Shown here: positions 1-10,725 of the stretch, in pieces
How the letters are laid out: every line of letters begins with the position of its first letter
Position numbering within the stretch: position 1 is the stretch's first letter
Source: Thermoanaerobaculum sp.
GTDB lineage: Bacteria > Acidobacteriota > Thermoanaerobaculia > Multivoradales > UBA5704
Direction: 5' to 3'
DNA: 64,000 nt
Assembly: GCA_021154885.1 (NCBI GenBank)
Contig: JAJKHS010000055.1
Location: 1,559-65,558 of the forward strand
The notes under the pieces: model-generated
The model's database searches: none
What the model saw: the letters and a program-made list of their open reading frames with translations, nothing else
What the model was told of the DNA's origin: nothing
Translations under genes and position numbers: made by a program

Positions 1-709
1 GAAGCAACTCCTTGATGCCCTCTTGGAGGATGATCGTTTGTCCGCATCCGACCTTGACTCTGTCCTGAGGGAACTTGAGGAAGGTCAATATCTGGACTAC
101 AAGGATGGACGGATAACCCATAGGAGTTCCCTTCCATATGAACTGGAAGGTGCCAGCTCTGACTCACCCTCATGGCTTCTCCACAAGGTGCTAGCCTCGC
201 GGTGTACGCTGCTGGCCAGGATCGTCGATCTATCTGAAGCCGCGCATTTGCTTTTGGCTGAGCATCCTGTAGGGGCTGCGATCCTGGCGCGATCGGTTCT
301 AGAGACCACTTCCGTGCTCGTAAAGCTACAAGAAGTAATTTCAGAGTTTTCTCCTCAAGGCAAGGAGACCGAACTCGAAGAGGCAGTAGAAAAGTTGCTG
401 CTTGGAAGCCGACGCACAGGTACTACGGTGGAGGCTACTAATATTTTAAGTCAGATCGACCGTATGGTTAAATTGTTCAACGAGACGCAGTTGCGAGATA
501 TGTATGATGAGCTTAGCGAAATTTCTCATCCCAATGCAGCGGGCGTAATCGTGTCGTATGGCCGCTTGGATAAGGATGCTTCTTCTCTGAAGATTGGGAC
601 GGACGAATCTAATAGGCCAGCCGAAATCGCGGTTGTCGTGATTGCCATCGCACTTAGAATCAGTCTGCTGTCGGGGGCAAAAATTGACTCGGCCCTTCGA
701 CCGCTATGA
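1..709 (+). CDS. hypothetical protein, 5' end outside window (ORF open to position 1; track start is a TTG at 23); markedly lower GC than rest of window
   Basis: Open frame continues upstream to window edge; local GC visibly ~45-50% vs ~68% elsewhere; no recognisable motifs. Confidence 0.35.
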   Translation, partial: KQLLDALLEDDRLSASDLDSVLRELEEGQYLDYKDGRITHRSSLPYELEGASSDSPSWLLHKVLASRCTLLARIVDLSEAAHLLLAEHPVGAAILARSVLETTSVLVKLQEVISEFSPQGKETELEEAVEKLLLGSRRTGTTVEATNILSQIDRMVKLFNETQLRDMYDELSEISHPNAAGVIVSYGRLDKDASSLKIGTDESNRPAEIAVVVIAIALRISLLSGAKIDSALRPL

Positions 710-1009
710 GATGCCACTGGCGAGTCCGCGGGATGCGTATAACCCCGGGCCTGAGGACGGAAACCACATACTGCGCGGTTCCGCCGCTGAGGCCTTTGGC
801 GGAACGAACCCGCCACGGCCACAATCAATATTCCTGTGCACCTGAGAAGAGTTCAGGACCCGGCACAAACTCGGCGACTTGGGAAGCCAGACAGCTAACC
901 AGGGCCTCAACCGGACGGCACCGCTACGCGGCACCGCCGGTTAGGCCCGTCGCGTAACGTTCGGCGACGCCAAGGCGATGAGGTACTTGCAGCAGCCACA
1001 GGAGAAGAA

Positions 1010-1540
1010 ATGCGTTTCCTCTTCATTCTTTTAAGCCTTGCATTCCTCGCAGTTCCCTCGATGGCCGTCGACGACTGGGCAAGCTGCCAGAGTGCCCTTG
1101 AGAACGTCAAGTCACAGTCGTCTCGGGCTGTAGACGCCGCTTCGGAGGCCGAGAATGCGGCTGGGACGTTGAACGAAGCAAGGGACGACCTGCGCGACTG
1201 CAGAACCTATCCCGATGTCTACGACCTAATGGGCGACCATTGCAGATCGAAGCAGTGGGACGTCGATTCTGCGAAGAGCAGTCTAGACTCGGCCCAAGAG
1301 GAGGTTCAGTCACAGCTCCGCAGGCTCAGAAGCGCTCTCGCAGATGCCGCCTTTCAGTGCGAGTTCGACTTATCGGTACCGCAGCCGCTCAGCACCGCCC
1401 CTCGCCCGACCCAATGCGAGCGGCTACGCGCCCTCCGAGGACAGCTTAGCCAGCAGTTGATTTCGGACTACTGCAGGACGCTGATGTCTGTTGAACAATG
1501 CAAGGCCTGTCTGCGTTTTCCGGGCGAAAGCGACCACTGA
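1010..1540 (+). CDS. secreted Cys-rich hypothetical protein
   Basis: N-terminal signal peptide MRFLFILLSLAFLAVPSMA; 8 Cys; no recognisable domain. Confidence 0.4.
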   Translation: MRFLFILLSLAFLAVPSMAVDDWASCQSALENVKSQSSRAVDAASEAENAAGTLNEARDDLRDCRTYPDVYDLMGDHCRSKQWDVDSAKSSLDSAQEEVQSQLRRLRSALADAAFQCEFDLSVPQPLSTAPRPTQCERLRALRGQLSQQLISDYCRTLMSVEQCKACLRFPGESDH

Positions 1541-1549
1541 TTCCGAGGG

Positions 1550-2960
1550 AAGGCGGCCACCCATTCCAGGCTGAAGGCGGCCACTTTTTCCGGTTCGTCG
1601 GAATGGGTGGTCGGAATCGCCTGGAACAGGTGGTCGCCTTGGATCGGAATCCAGTCGACGGACAGCGTTGACGACTCGCGGTGGCTCTTAGCTCTGGCAT
1701 CCTGGCTCCCCTTCAACAGGGGAGCCAGATGCCAGCATGGAGAATCAGCGTGAGGAAGATACGAGAGATTTTGCGACTGTCCTCGGAGAGTCGCTTGAGC
1801 CGGCGCCAGATCGCCAGCTGTTGCGGGATCAGCAAGACGACGGTAGGAGAGTGCCTGGAGCGAGCCCGACGGATGGGTCTGGACTGGTCCACGGCGTTGG
1901 GGCTGAGCGACGAGGAGTTGGAGCGGCGGCTCTACCCGCCGGCGGTTCCGGTGCCGGTCTCGGAGCGTCCGCCGGTGGACTGGGGTGGGGTGCATACGGA
2001 GCTGAAGAAGAAGGGGGTGACGCTGCAGTTGCTGTGAGAGGAGTACCGCGAGAAGGAGCCTCGCGGCTATGGCTATAGCCGCTACTGCGAGCTGTACAGC
2101 CAGTGGCGGAGGCGGTCGGACCTGTCAATGCGCCAGGTGCACCGGGCCGGTGAGAAGCTGTTCGTCGACTACTGCGGGTCGACGATTCCGGTGACGGACG
2201 CCCCTAGCGGTGAAGTGCGCGCGGCGCAGATCTTCGTGGCGGTGTGGGGGGCGAGCAACTACACCTATGCGGAGGCGACGTGGAGCCAGGGACTTTCGGA
2301 CTGGATCGAGTCGCACGTGCGCGCCTTTGAGTTCGCCGGCGGCCTGCCGGAGATGGTGGTGCCGGACAACCTGAAGTCGGGGGTCAGCCGGCCGTGCCGG
2401 TACGAGCCGGAGCTGAACCCGACCTACCAGGAGCTGGCGATGCACTACGGGGTGGCGGTGATGCCGGCGCGGGTGCGAAGGCCGCGCGACAAGGCCAAGG
2501 TCGAGGTGGCGGTCCAGGTGGTGGAACGGTGGATTCTGGCGCGGCTGCGTCATCGGCGCTTCTTTTCGCTGGCCGAGCTGAACCAGGCCCTCGGCGAGCT
2601 GCTGGTGCGGTTGAACGAGCGGCCCTTCCATAAGCTGCCGGGCTCGCGTCGGTCGTTATTCGAGAGCTTGGAGCGACCGGTGCTGCGCGCGTTGCCTTCA
2701 CAGCGCTTTCTCTACGCGGAGTGGAAGAAGGCGCGGGTGGGAATCGACTACCACGTCGAGGTCGACGGCCACTAATACAGCGTGCCCTACCAGTCTGGTG
2801 AGCCAGCAACTGGACTTGCGGGTGACGGCCCAAACGGTGGAGTGCTTCACCCAGAGCCGGCGCGTCGCCAGCCACGTGCGCAGCTTTCGCCGGGGAGCCC
2901 ACACGACGCAGAGCGAGCACATGCCCCGAGCGCACCGCGGCCGCCAGCCTTTTCCAAGCG
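1550..2960 (+). mobile_element. IS21-family insertion sequence remnant (left-end repeat region + degraded istA; istB absent)
   Basis: Short direct repeats (aaggcggccac x2, ggtggtcg x2) just upstream of istA start resemble IS21 multi-repeat left end; istA homology stops near 2945; no istB ATPase follows. Confidence 0.6.
1729..2945 (+). pseudogene. istA: IS21 transposase IstA pseudogene: in-frame TGA (2035-2037, replaces conserved Trp in LLWEEYRE), TAA (2773-2775, replaces Tyr in HYYSVPYQ), +1 frameshift near 2794, 3' truncated
   Basis: N-terminal HTH (MPAWRISVRKIREILRL...TTVGECLERARRMGL), DDE core (KLFVDYCG...[10 protein letters not shown]), then YSVPYQ../SQQLDLRVTAQTVECF..HMPRAHR in shifted frame; classic IstA blocks interrupted as listed. 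Confidence 0.8.
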
Positions 2961-3245
2961 GCCCCCAGGATGAGCGATGCCTTTTTCAGGCCGGTCTGGA
3001 GATCACCTGCGGGAAGGGGATCGTAGCCCGCCCCAATCGCGCGGACGGCGGCGCGGCCGACTGGGATGCCCGGGTGGCCGATCTCCAGTTCCGCGACCGC
3101 TGCGAGTATGCGGTGGGACACGGCGTCTCCGTGGCCGCCGATCTGCCAGAGGACGGCGGACCGGTCACGACGGTACGGACGGCCTGGATTCCCTGCGCCG
3201 AGGTGCCCCGGGTGATCACGGGTCCGGCGGTAGGAATCACGAATA

Positions 3246-5743
3246 TGGAAGAGCTGGCCGGGCTGGAGAATCCCGAGGATCTCCGCCGGGCCCTGGAGCC
3301 GATTCCCGCCGCCTACGGCGCCTGGATCGCGGGGCGGCGCGAAATCGATCCCGGAAGCGATGCCAGCCGGCGAGCCACCCGCGACGAGCTGATGGACGAA
3401 GCCGGGCGGGCCTGCCGGCGCATCGGTGACGGCATCGATCTCCTCGCACGGAGCGCCGAGGTGCGCCACGCCTTCCGGCTGGCCAACCGGGCCATGGCAC
3501 TGTCGGCGCGGAAGCGCAGCCCGGAGCGCTACGCGGACGGCTCGGCGCCCCACTGGTTTCTGTTTCAGCTCGCTTTTCTCCTGCTCAACCTGCCGGCCCT
3601 GGACGATCCGCGCCGGGAGGACCGGGACGACGTGGAGCTGATCTTCTTTCCCACGGGTGGCGGCAAGACGGAGGCCTACCTGGGCGTCATCGCCTTCGTG
3701 CTATTGCTGCGCCGCATGCGGGGCCAGCAGCGGCCGGACGCCGGCCTCGGCGTGGCCGTCATGCTGCGCTACACCCTGCGGCTGCTGACGCTCGATCAGC
3801 TCTCTCGGGCGGCGACGCTGGTCTGCGCCCTGGAGGTTCTGCGGCGGGAGGACCCGGCCCGCCTGGGCACCGTGCGCTTCGCCGCCGGCCTCTGGGTGGG
3901 CGGAAGCGCCACGCCCAACAAGCTGGAGGATGCAAAGACGCAGATTCTCGACTACAAGAACAGCTCCTCGGCCCGGTTCCCGAGCCCCTTTCCCTTGACG
4001 GTCTGCCCCTGGTGCTCGGAGCCGCTGGGCCGGGACAGCCTGACCCTGGAGCCGCGCGAGACGCCGCGACAGGTGATCGTGGGCTGCGGCAATCACCTCT
4101 GCGACTTCGCTCCCGGCCGCTTCCCCGAGGGCCTGCCGGTGCTCTTCGTGGACGAGCAGATCTATCGCGAGCTGCCGGCGTTCCTGATCGCCACGGTGGA
4201 CAAGCTCGCCATGCTCCCCTGGCGCGGCGAGGTCGGGCTGCTCTTCGGCCGTGCCCTCGCCCGCGACGGCCGGAGTCTGTATGGACCGGTGGACGCCGCG
4301 CTCGGCATGATTCCGCGCAGCGCCCGGACGGCCCTTCCGGAGGGCCTCCTGCCGCCGGAGCTGATCGTGCAGGACGAGCTTCACCTCATCTCCGGCCCCC
4401 TCGGCACCATGACCGGCCTCTATGAAACGGCGGTGGAGGCGCTCTGCCTGCGCACGCTGGAGGACGGTACGGTGGTGCGGCCCAAGATTCTGGCTTCGAC
4501 CGCCACGGTGCGGCGGGCGCGGGAGCAGATCCTCTCCCTCTTCGGGCGCGACAGGACGGCGATCTTTCCGCCGCCCGGTGTGGACGACGGCGAGACCTGG
4601 TTCGCCCGCGTCGATCACGACTCGCCCGGCCGGCTCTACGTGGGGGTCGCCGCCACGGGCCGCGCCATGAAGGCCATTCTGCTGCGCGTCTACGTCGCGC
4701 TGCTCGCCGCCGCGAACGCGCTCTACGATCCCACGGGACCGGAGGACCAGACTTCGGACGCTTGGATGACCCTGGTGGGCTATTTCAACAGTCTGCGCGA
4801 GCTCGGAGGGATGCGGCGGCTGGTGGAGGACGAGGTCCGCACCCGCTGCGACAAGGCCGAGGACCGCCGGCCGGAGGGCTCGGCGGGGCCGAATCCCTGG
4901 TTCCGCGACCGCAAGGTGACGCCCGAGCCCCTGGAGCTGACGAGCCGCGAGGACGTGGGGAGCGTCAAGAGCGCCAAGGCCCGCCTTGCTCACCCCTTCC
5001 GCCATGCCGAGCACGTGGATGTCGTGCTGGCGAGCAACATGATCTCCGTCGGGCTGGACATCGACCGCCTGGGCCTGATGGTCGTCGCCGGGCAACCGAA
5101 GTCGACGAGCGAGTACATTCAGGCCTCCAGCCGGGTAGGCCGGCAACGCGACCGGCCGGGGCTGGTCGTCACCTGCTTCAATCTGCACAAGCCGCGCGAC
5201 CGCTCTCACTACGAGCGGTTTCCGGCGTATCACGAGAGCTTCTACCGCTTCGTGGAGGTGTCGAGCCTGACGCCGTTCTCGGGTCCGGCGCTCGACCGGG
5301 GCCTCGCCGGCACCCTGCTCGCCATGGCGCGGCAGAACGATCCCACGCTCACACCGTCCACCGCGGCCATGCACATCCGCGAGCACCTCGATCTGGCCGG
5401 CGAGGCGGTGCGCGGCCTGGCCGAGAGGGGCGCCAGCCAGCCCGGCCTCACGCCGGGGCAGAGCGATGCCGTGAGAGCCAACCTGACCCTGCGCGCTCAA
5501 GGCCTGGTGGACGCGTGGGAGCGGCTGGCGCAAATCGCGACGGAAGGCGGCTACCGGCGGGTCTACTCGCCGTGGGACCGTGGCAAGTCCGCGGCGGACC
5601 GCACGATGCTGCGCCAGGTGCTCGACCGGCCGGAGGACCAGGCGCCACCGGAGGCGAAGCTGTTCACGGCACCCACCTCCATGCGGGAGGTGGAGCCCTC
5701 CACGCACCTCTGGCTGCGCAGCCGGCTGGGAGGAAAAGGCTGA
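3246..5743 (+). CDS. SF2 DExH helicase with internal zinc ribbon; DISARM DrmA-like (start uncertain, may have lost N-terminus to the IS21 insertion)
   Basis: Motif I FFPTGGGKTEAYLG, Ia/Ib region, motif II VQDELHLISG (DELH), motif III KILASTATV, motif VI QASSRVGRQ; CPWC..x..CGNHLC zinc ribbon between Ia and II; stop TGA overlaps ATG of next gene (TGATG). Confidence 0.6.
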
Positions 5744-7632
5744 TGGCCGGGCGTCCGCCGCGCCGGGGAGGCCCCGGTAACTCCAAGCCCGTCGCCTACC
5801 AGAAGCCGGCTGGCACCGTGCGGCGCAGCCAGGTGGTGCGCACCAACGGTCCCGGCGCCATGATCGATCTCGTGGACCACGCCGTGATGGTCGGCGGGCT
5901 CGACTTCTGGCGCTACGCTCCGCAGGACATTACGGCGTGCACCTTGTCCGAGCCCCGGCTGCGGGACCGGCTGGAGCCGCGCTTCGTCGAGGCGGGCCGC
6001 CGCCTCGCGCAGGAAGGATGCTTCCGGCTGCCGCCCCTGGGGGAAGAAAAGAAGGCGACGCCGGACTCGGGGATCGAAGTCCTCGAGCTGCCCCGGTGGT
6101 TCGTCTGCCAGAACCCGGCGTGCCGCGCCCTCGTCCACGCCGATGGATTGGCTCAAAGAGGGTCGCGCTACCGTCATGAGTGCATCCGGCCGAAAGGCTC
6201 AGAATCCGTGCCGGTGCGCTTCGTGGCCACCTGCCGGAGGGGGCACGTCGAGGAGTTCCCCTGGGTCTGGTTCGCGCACCGCAACGTCGAGGCGGTCTGC
6301 CCGGCTCCCAGCCTCAAGCTCCAGGAGGGCGCGACCGGCGACTTCTCCGAGATCCTCGTGAAGTGCGCCTGCGGCGCCCAGGAGAGGCTCTCGACGGCGC
6401 TGATTCCCAACTCGCTGCCGCACTGCGAGGGACACCGGCCGTGGCTGGGCGAGGCGGGGCGCGAGAGCTGCGAGGAGAAGCACCTGCGGCTCTTGGTGCG
6501 CAGCGCCAGCAACGCCTACTTCGGCCAGGAGGTGAGCGCTCTTTCCATTCCCGAGCGAGGCCGCAAGCTGGAGGCCGCGGCGCGGCAGGTGTGGCACATC
6601 CTCCAGGTGGCCGACGCCGCAAGCCTGCCGGCGTTTCGCAGCATCCCCCAGGTGAAAGACGCCCTGGGCACGGCCTCGGACGCCGACGTGCTGGCCGTCA
6701 TCGAGCAGATCCGGATTGGGGGCACGCCCGTGCGGGAGCCGTTGCGCACGGCGGAGTATCGCCAGCTCGTCGCCGTGGAGCGCGAGACCCCGGGCGAGCT
6801 GCCACCGGACGGCGGCGACTTCTTCGCCCGGGAGGCGACACCGGACGGCGGACCGATTCCCAAGATCGCGCGCCTGGTCCTCATCCCCAAGCTGCGGGAC
6901 GTGCGGGTGCAGATCGGCTTCACGCGGCTGGAGCCGGTCATGCCGGACCTGGAGGGAGAGTTCGACCTGGCCGTGCAGTCGGCACCGCTCTCCCTCACTC
7001 AGGACTGGCTGCCGGCCAGCGAGGTGCGCGGCGAGGGAGTGTTCATTCAGCTCGACGAGAAGGCGGTCTGGGATTGGGAGCGGCGGCCCGAGGTGCAGGC
7101 CCGGGAGCGCGAGCTGGCGGCGGGCTACCGCGACTGGCTCTCGACGCTGACGGGAGACAAAGCGCCGCCGTTCCCGGGCGTGCGCTTCTATCTCCTCCAC
7201 TCGTTGTCGCACCTGCTGCTGACGGCGATCTCTCTGGAATGCGGTTATGCGGCGAGCGCCATCCGGGAACGCATCTACTGCTCGCGGGCCGATAGCGATA
7301 CGCCCATGGCGGCGATCCTCCTCTCCACGGGCAGCCCGGGAACCGAGGGCACCCTGGGCGGCCTCGTAGAGCAAGGCCGCAACCTGCGCCGGCATCTGAG
7401 GAGAGCCTTGCGGCTGGGAGAGCTCTGCTCCAACGATCCGGTCTGCGCCGGCCACTCGCCGCAGAACGATCACTCGGAGAGATTCCTCGAAGGCGCCGCC
7501 TGTCACGGCTGCCTGTTCGTCGCCGAATCCTCCTGCGAGCGCTTCAACCGCTACCTCGACCGCTCCCTCGTGGTGCCAACCCTGGGGCATCCGCCGGAGC
7601 TGGCTTTCTTCGAGCAGCGCGAGGGTTCTTAG
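5743..7632 (+). CDS. DUF1998-domain protein (DISARM DrmB-like), Cys/Zn-ribbon rich
   Basis: C-terminal block FYLLHSLSHLLL...CSNDPVCAGH...GAACHGCLFVAESSCERFNRYLDRSLVV matches the conserved Cys signature of DUF1998; N-terminal half has several CxxC/CxH pairs; translationally coupled to upstream helicase. Confidence 0.65.
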   Translation: MAGRPPRRGGPGNSKPVAYQKPAGTVRRSQVVRTNGPGAMIDLVDHAVMVGGLDFWRYAPQDITACTLSEPRLRDRLEPRFVEAGRRLAQEGCFRLPPLGEEKKATPDSGIEVLELPRWFVCQNPACRALVHADGLAQRGSRYRHECIRPKGSESVPVRFVATCRRGHVEEFPWVWFAHRNVEAVCPAPSLKLQEGATGDFSEILVKCACGAQERLSTALIPNSLPHCEGHRPWLGEAGRESCEEKHLRLLVRSASNAYFGQEVSALSIPERGRKLEAAARQVWHILQVADAASLPAFRSIPQVKDALGTASDADVLAVIEQIRIGGTPVREPLRTAEYRQLVAVERETPGELPPDGGDFFAREATPDGGPIPKIARLVLIPKLRDVRVQIGFTRLEPVMPDLEGEFDLAVQSAPLSLTQDWLPASEVRGEGVFIQLDEKAVWDWERRPEVQARERELAAGYRDWLSTLTGDKAPPFPGVRFYLLHSLSHLLLTAISLECGYAASAIRERIYCSRADSDTPMAAILLSTGSPGTEGTLGGLVEQGRNLRRHLRRALRLGELCSNDPVCAGHSPQNDHSERFLEGAACHGCLFVAESSCERFNRYLDRSLVVPTLGHPPELAFFEQREGS

Positions 7633-7741
7633 AGTCCTGTGAAGGAAGGCGACACAAGGCGGGGCTGAAGCCCGCCTACGTCGGACTTGTCCCCCAACCA
7701 CACGAGACGGCCCCAATTGCTCCCCAGAGCGTCCCCAGCGC

Positions 7742-7767
7742 AAAAAAGCGGGCAGGGCCGCCTTTTG
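7742..7767. terminator. putative bidirectional rho-independent terminator (A6-GC hairpin-T4; on minus strand hairpin followed by T6) serving DUF1998 gene and tRNA-Phe
   Basis: caaaaaagcgggcagggccgccttttgcc; short GC stem, weak. Confidence 0.3.
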
Positions 7768-7803
7768 CCTACCGCGCCAAACTATTGATTTTAGAGGGTT
7801 TAT

Positions 7804-7879
7804 TGGTGCCCAGGACCGGAATCGAACCAGTGACACCGTGATTTTCAGTCACGTGCTCTACCAACTGAGCTACCTGGGC
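7804..7879 (-). tRNA. tRNA-Phe (anticodon GAA)
   Basis: Reverse complement GCCCAGGTAGCTCAGTTGGTAGAGCACGTGACTGAAAATCACGGTGTCACTGGTTCGATTCCGGTCCTGGGCACCA folds as cloverleaf: 7-bp acceptor, D loop AGTTGGTA, anticodon loop CTGAAAA, T loop TTCGATT, discriminator A, encoded CCA. Confidence 0.92.
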
Positions 7880-8030
7880 ACAGGGAGCCTGGCGGCTCCG
7901 AGGGAGGGAGAGTATCCCAGAGGGGCGGGAGCGTAGTCAAGGGGAGAGGACTGAAGGCAGAACGGAGGCCGGCTAGGGCCGGCTTCCGCGGCCGGCGGGA
8001 CGCCGGCGGTCCCAGGGGAGGGGTGCGGAG

Positions 8031-8285
8031 TCACGGCGCGGGGCGGCGGGGCGGTCCCTTCTCCACCAGGGAGCGGAGGTGGCCCCCTTCCCCTTCTTTC
8101 AGCTCCAGGAGGCGGTGGCCGGCGCGCTCGCACCAGACGGGCATGTCCTCCCGGATGCCCGGGTCGTCCCCCAGGATCTCCAGGAGGTCCCCCGGCTGGA
8201 GCTTGCGCATCTCCCGCGCCGCCAAGAGGATCGGCAGGGGGCAGAGGGTGCCGGTGACGTCCAGGATGTGCCGGTTCGCAGGCAA
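8031..8285 (-). CDS. TusA/SirA-like sulfurtransferase (TTG start predicted; upstream track extension rejected)
   Basis: LDVTGTLCPLPIL motif (LDxxGLxCPxP) and DDPGIREDMPVWCERAGH typical of TusA family; GGGAGG RBS 8 nt before TTG. Confidence 0.5.
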   Translation of the reverse strand: MPANRHILDVTGTLCPLPILLAAREMRKLQPGDLLEILGDDPGIREDMPVWCERAGHRLLELKEGEGGHLRSLVEKGPPRRPAP

Positions 8286-8340
8286 GTGCGGGCCTCCCGC
8301 CCCAAGCGGGCGGTGCAAAGTGCCGCTAGAATAGGCGGAG

Positions 8341-9111
8341 ATGCACCCTAGATTATATACCCGGCTCGCAATAAGCCTGATCTTCCTCGGCGGCCCCCCT
8401 GCCTCCGCCTGGACGCCGGCCACCCAGGTGACCATCGCCCGCGAGGCCGCCCGACTCTCCCCTCCCGATCTCTATCGCCAGATCGACAAGCACCACCGCG
8501 CCTATGCGGAGGGGGTCAACGCCCCGTTCGCGGACACGGACGCCAGTCGCCACGCGAAGAACCCCGACGGCTCGGGCCGCCTCGATCGCGCCGCCTTCGA
8601 CGCCGTGGACGCCGCCATCCTGGCCATCCGCGGCCATCAGCCGTTCGACGAGATCGTCCGCCGCCTGGGGGTGGTCTCCCACTTCGTGGCCGACGCCAAC
8701 AATCCCCTCGCCTCTTCGGCCGCGGACCCCGACGAGGGGCGCTATTTTGCCGACTATCTCCGCTACGTGGAGACCGCCCAGCCCCGGTTCCCCCTGGTCT
8801 TCTATGGTCTCCAGCCAGCCGCGGACGGACGTGGCATCTCCTCCATCCTCGACGCCGCACTGCGCCGGGGACGCCAGCTCTACCCGATGATCGGCCGCGA
8901 GTACCGGCGGATCGGTTTCGGGTCGGCAGTCGGGGTGTTCGATGACCGCTCGACCGCCTTCGGGGTGGGCTCTATCGCCTTCAGCCACGCCGTGACGGAC
9001 GTCACCCTGGTGCTGCGCTATATTTGGCTCGCGGCGGGCGGCATCGACGATCGCGCCAATCTGCCGGCCGGCGGGACGCGGTTGACGGTGCTGCCCCGGA
9101 CGGCCCGCTAA
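8341..9111 (+). CDS. secreted hypothetical protein; possible zinc-dependent PLC / P1-nuclease-like fold (weak)
   Basis: Signal peptide ...LGGPPASA; mature N-terminal Trp; HFVADANNPL resembles H-x-x-x-D-x-x-x-P-L metal site of PLC/S1-P1 family; speculative. Confidence 0.4.
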   Translation: MHPRLYTRLAISLIFLGGPPASAWTPATQVTIAREAARLSPPDLYRQIDKHHRAYAEGVNAPFADTDASRHAKNPDGSGRLDRAAFDAVDAAILAIRGHQPFDEIVRRLGVVSHFVADANNPLASSAADPDEGRYFADYLRYVETAQPRFPLVFYGLQPAADGRGISSILDAALRRGRQLYPMIGREYRRIGFGSAVGVFDDRSTAFGVGSIAFSHAVTDVTLVLRYIWLAAGGIDDRANLPAGGTRLTVLPRTAR

Positions 9112-9140
9112 GCCCTCACCACCCGAAGGAGAGATCACGA

Positions 9141-10697
<1,557 letters not shown>

Positions 10698-10725
10698 GCC
10701 CTCACCCCTGTCCCCTCTCCCATCG

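Noticed and set aside
2035-2037. TGA in istA as possible selenocysteine/readthrough
   Set aside because: Position corresponds to a conserved Trp (TGG) in IstA proteins, there is no SECIS, and the gene carries additional TAA and frameshift lesions.
3701-5707. 668-aa minus-strand ORF (also 2384-3553, 6199-7836, 9135-11051, 16447-18825, 34943-36382, 38035-39654, 48139-50235 minus; 50876-53614, 55304-58174 plus)
   Set aside because: Antisense shadow ORFs opposite clearly motif-bearing genes; compositions dominated by R/G/A/P as expected from reverse-complemented GC3-rich coding DNA; no motifs.
2798-5743. 981-aa ORF in the track presented as one protein
   Set aside because: Its first ~50 residues (SQQLDLRVTAQTVECF...HMPRAHR) are the frameshifted tail of the IS21 IstA pseudogene; the high-GC frame simply stays open into the helicase gene. 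Helicase start placed at first in-frame ATG (3246), with caveat that the true N-terminus may be lost.
4762-7632. 956-aa ORF extending the DUF1998 gene ~330 codons upstream
   Set aside because: Upstream portion overlaps the helicase gene in another frame and is Arg/Gly/Pro-rich GC noise; ATG at 5743 overlaps helicase stop (TGATG) and is the natural start.
8031-8435. 134-aa version of the TusA-like gene
   Set aside because: TusA family proteins are ~75-85 aa; a TTG at 8285 preceded by GGGAGG gives an 84-aa protein beginning just before the LDVTGTLCP motif. Longer form has no RBS and an unconserved N-extension.
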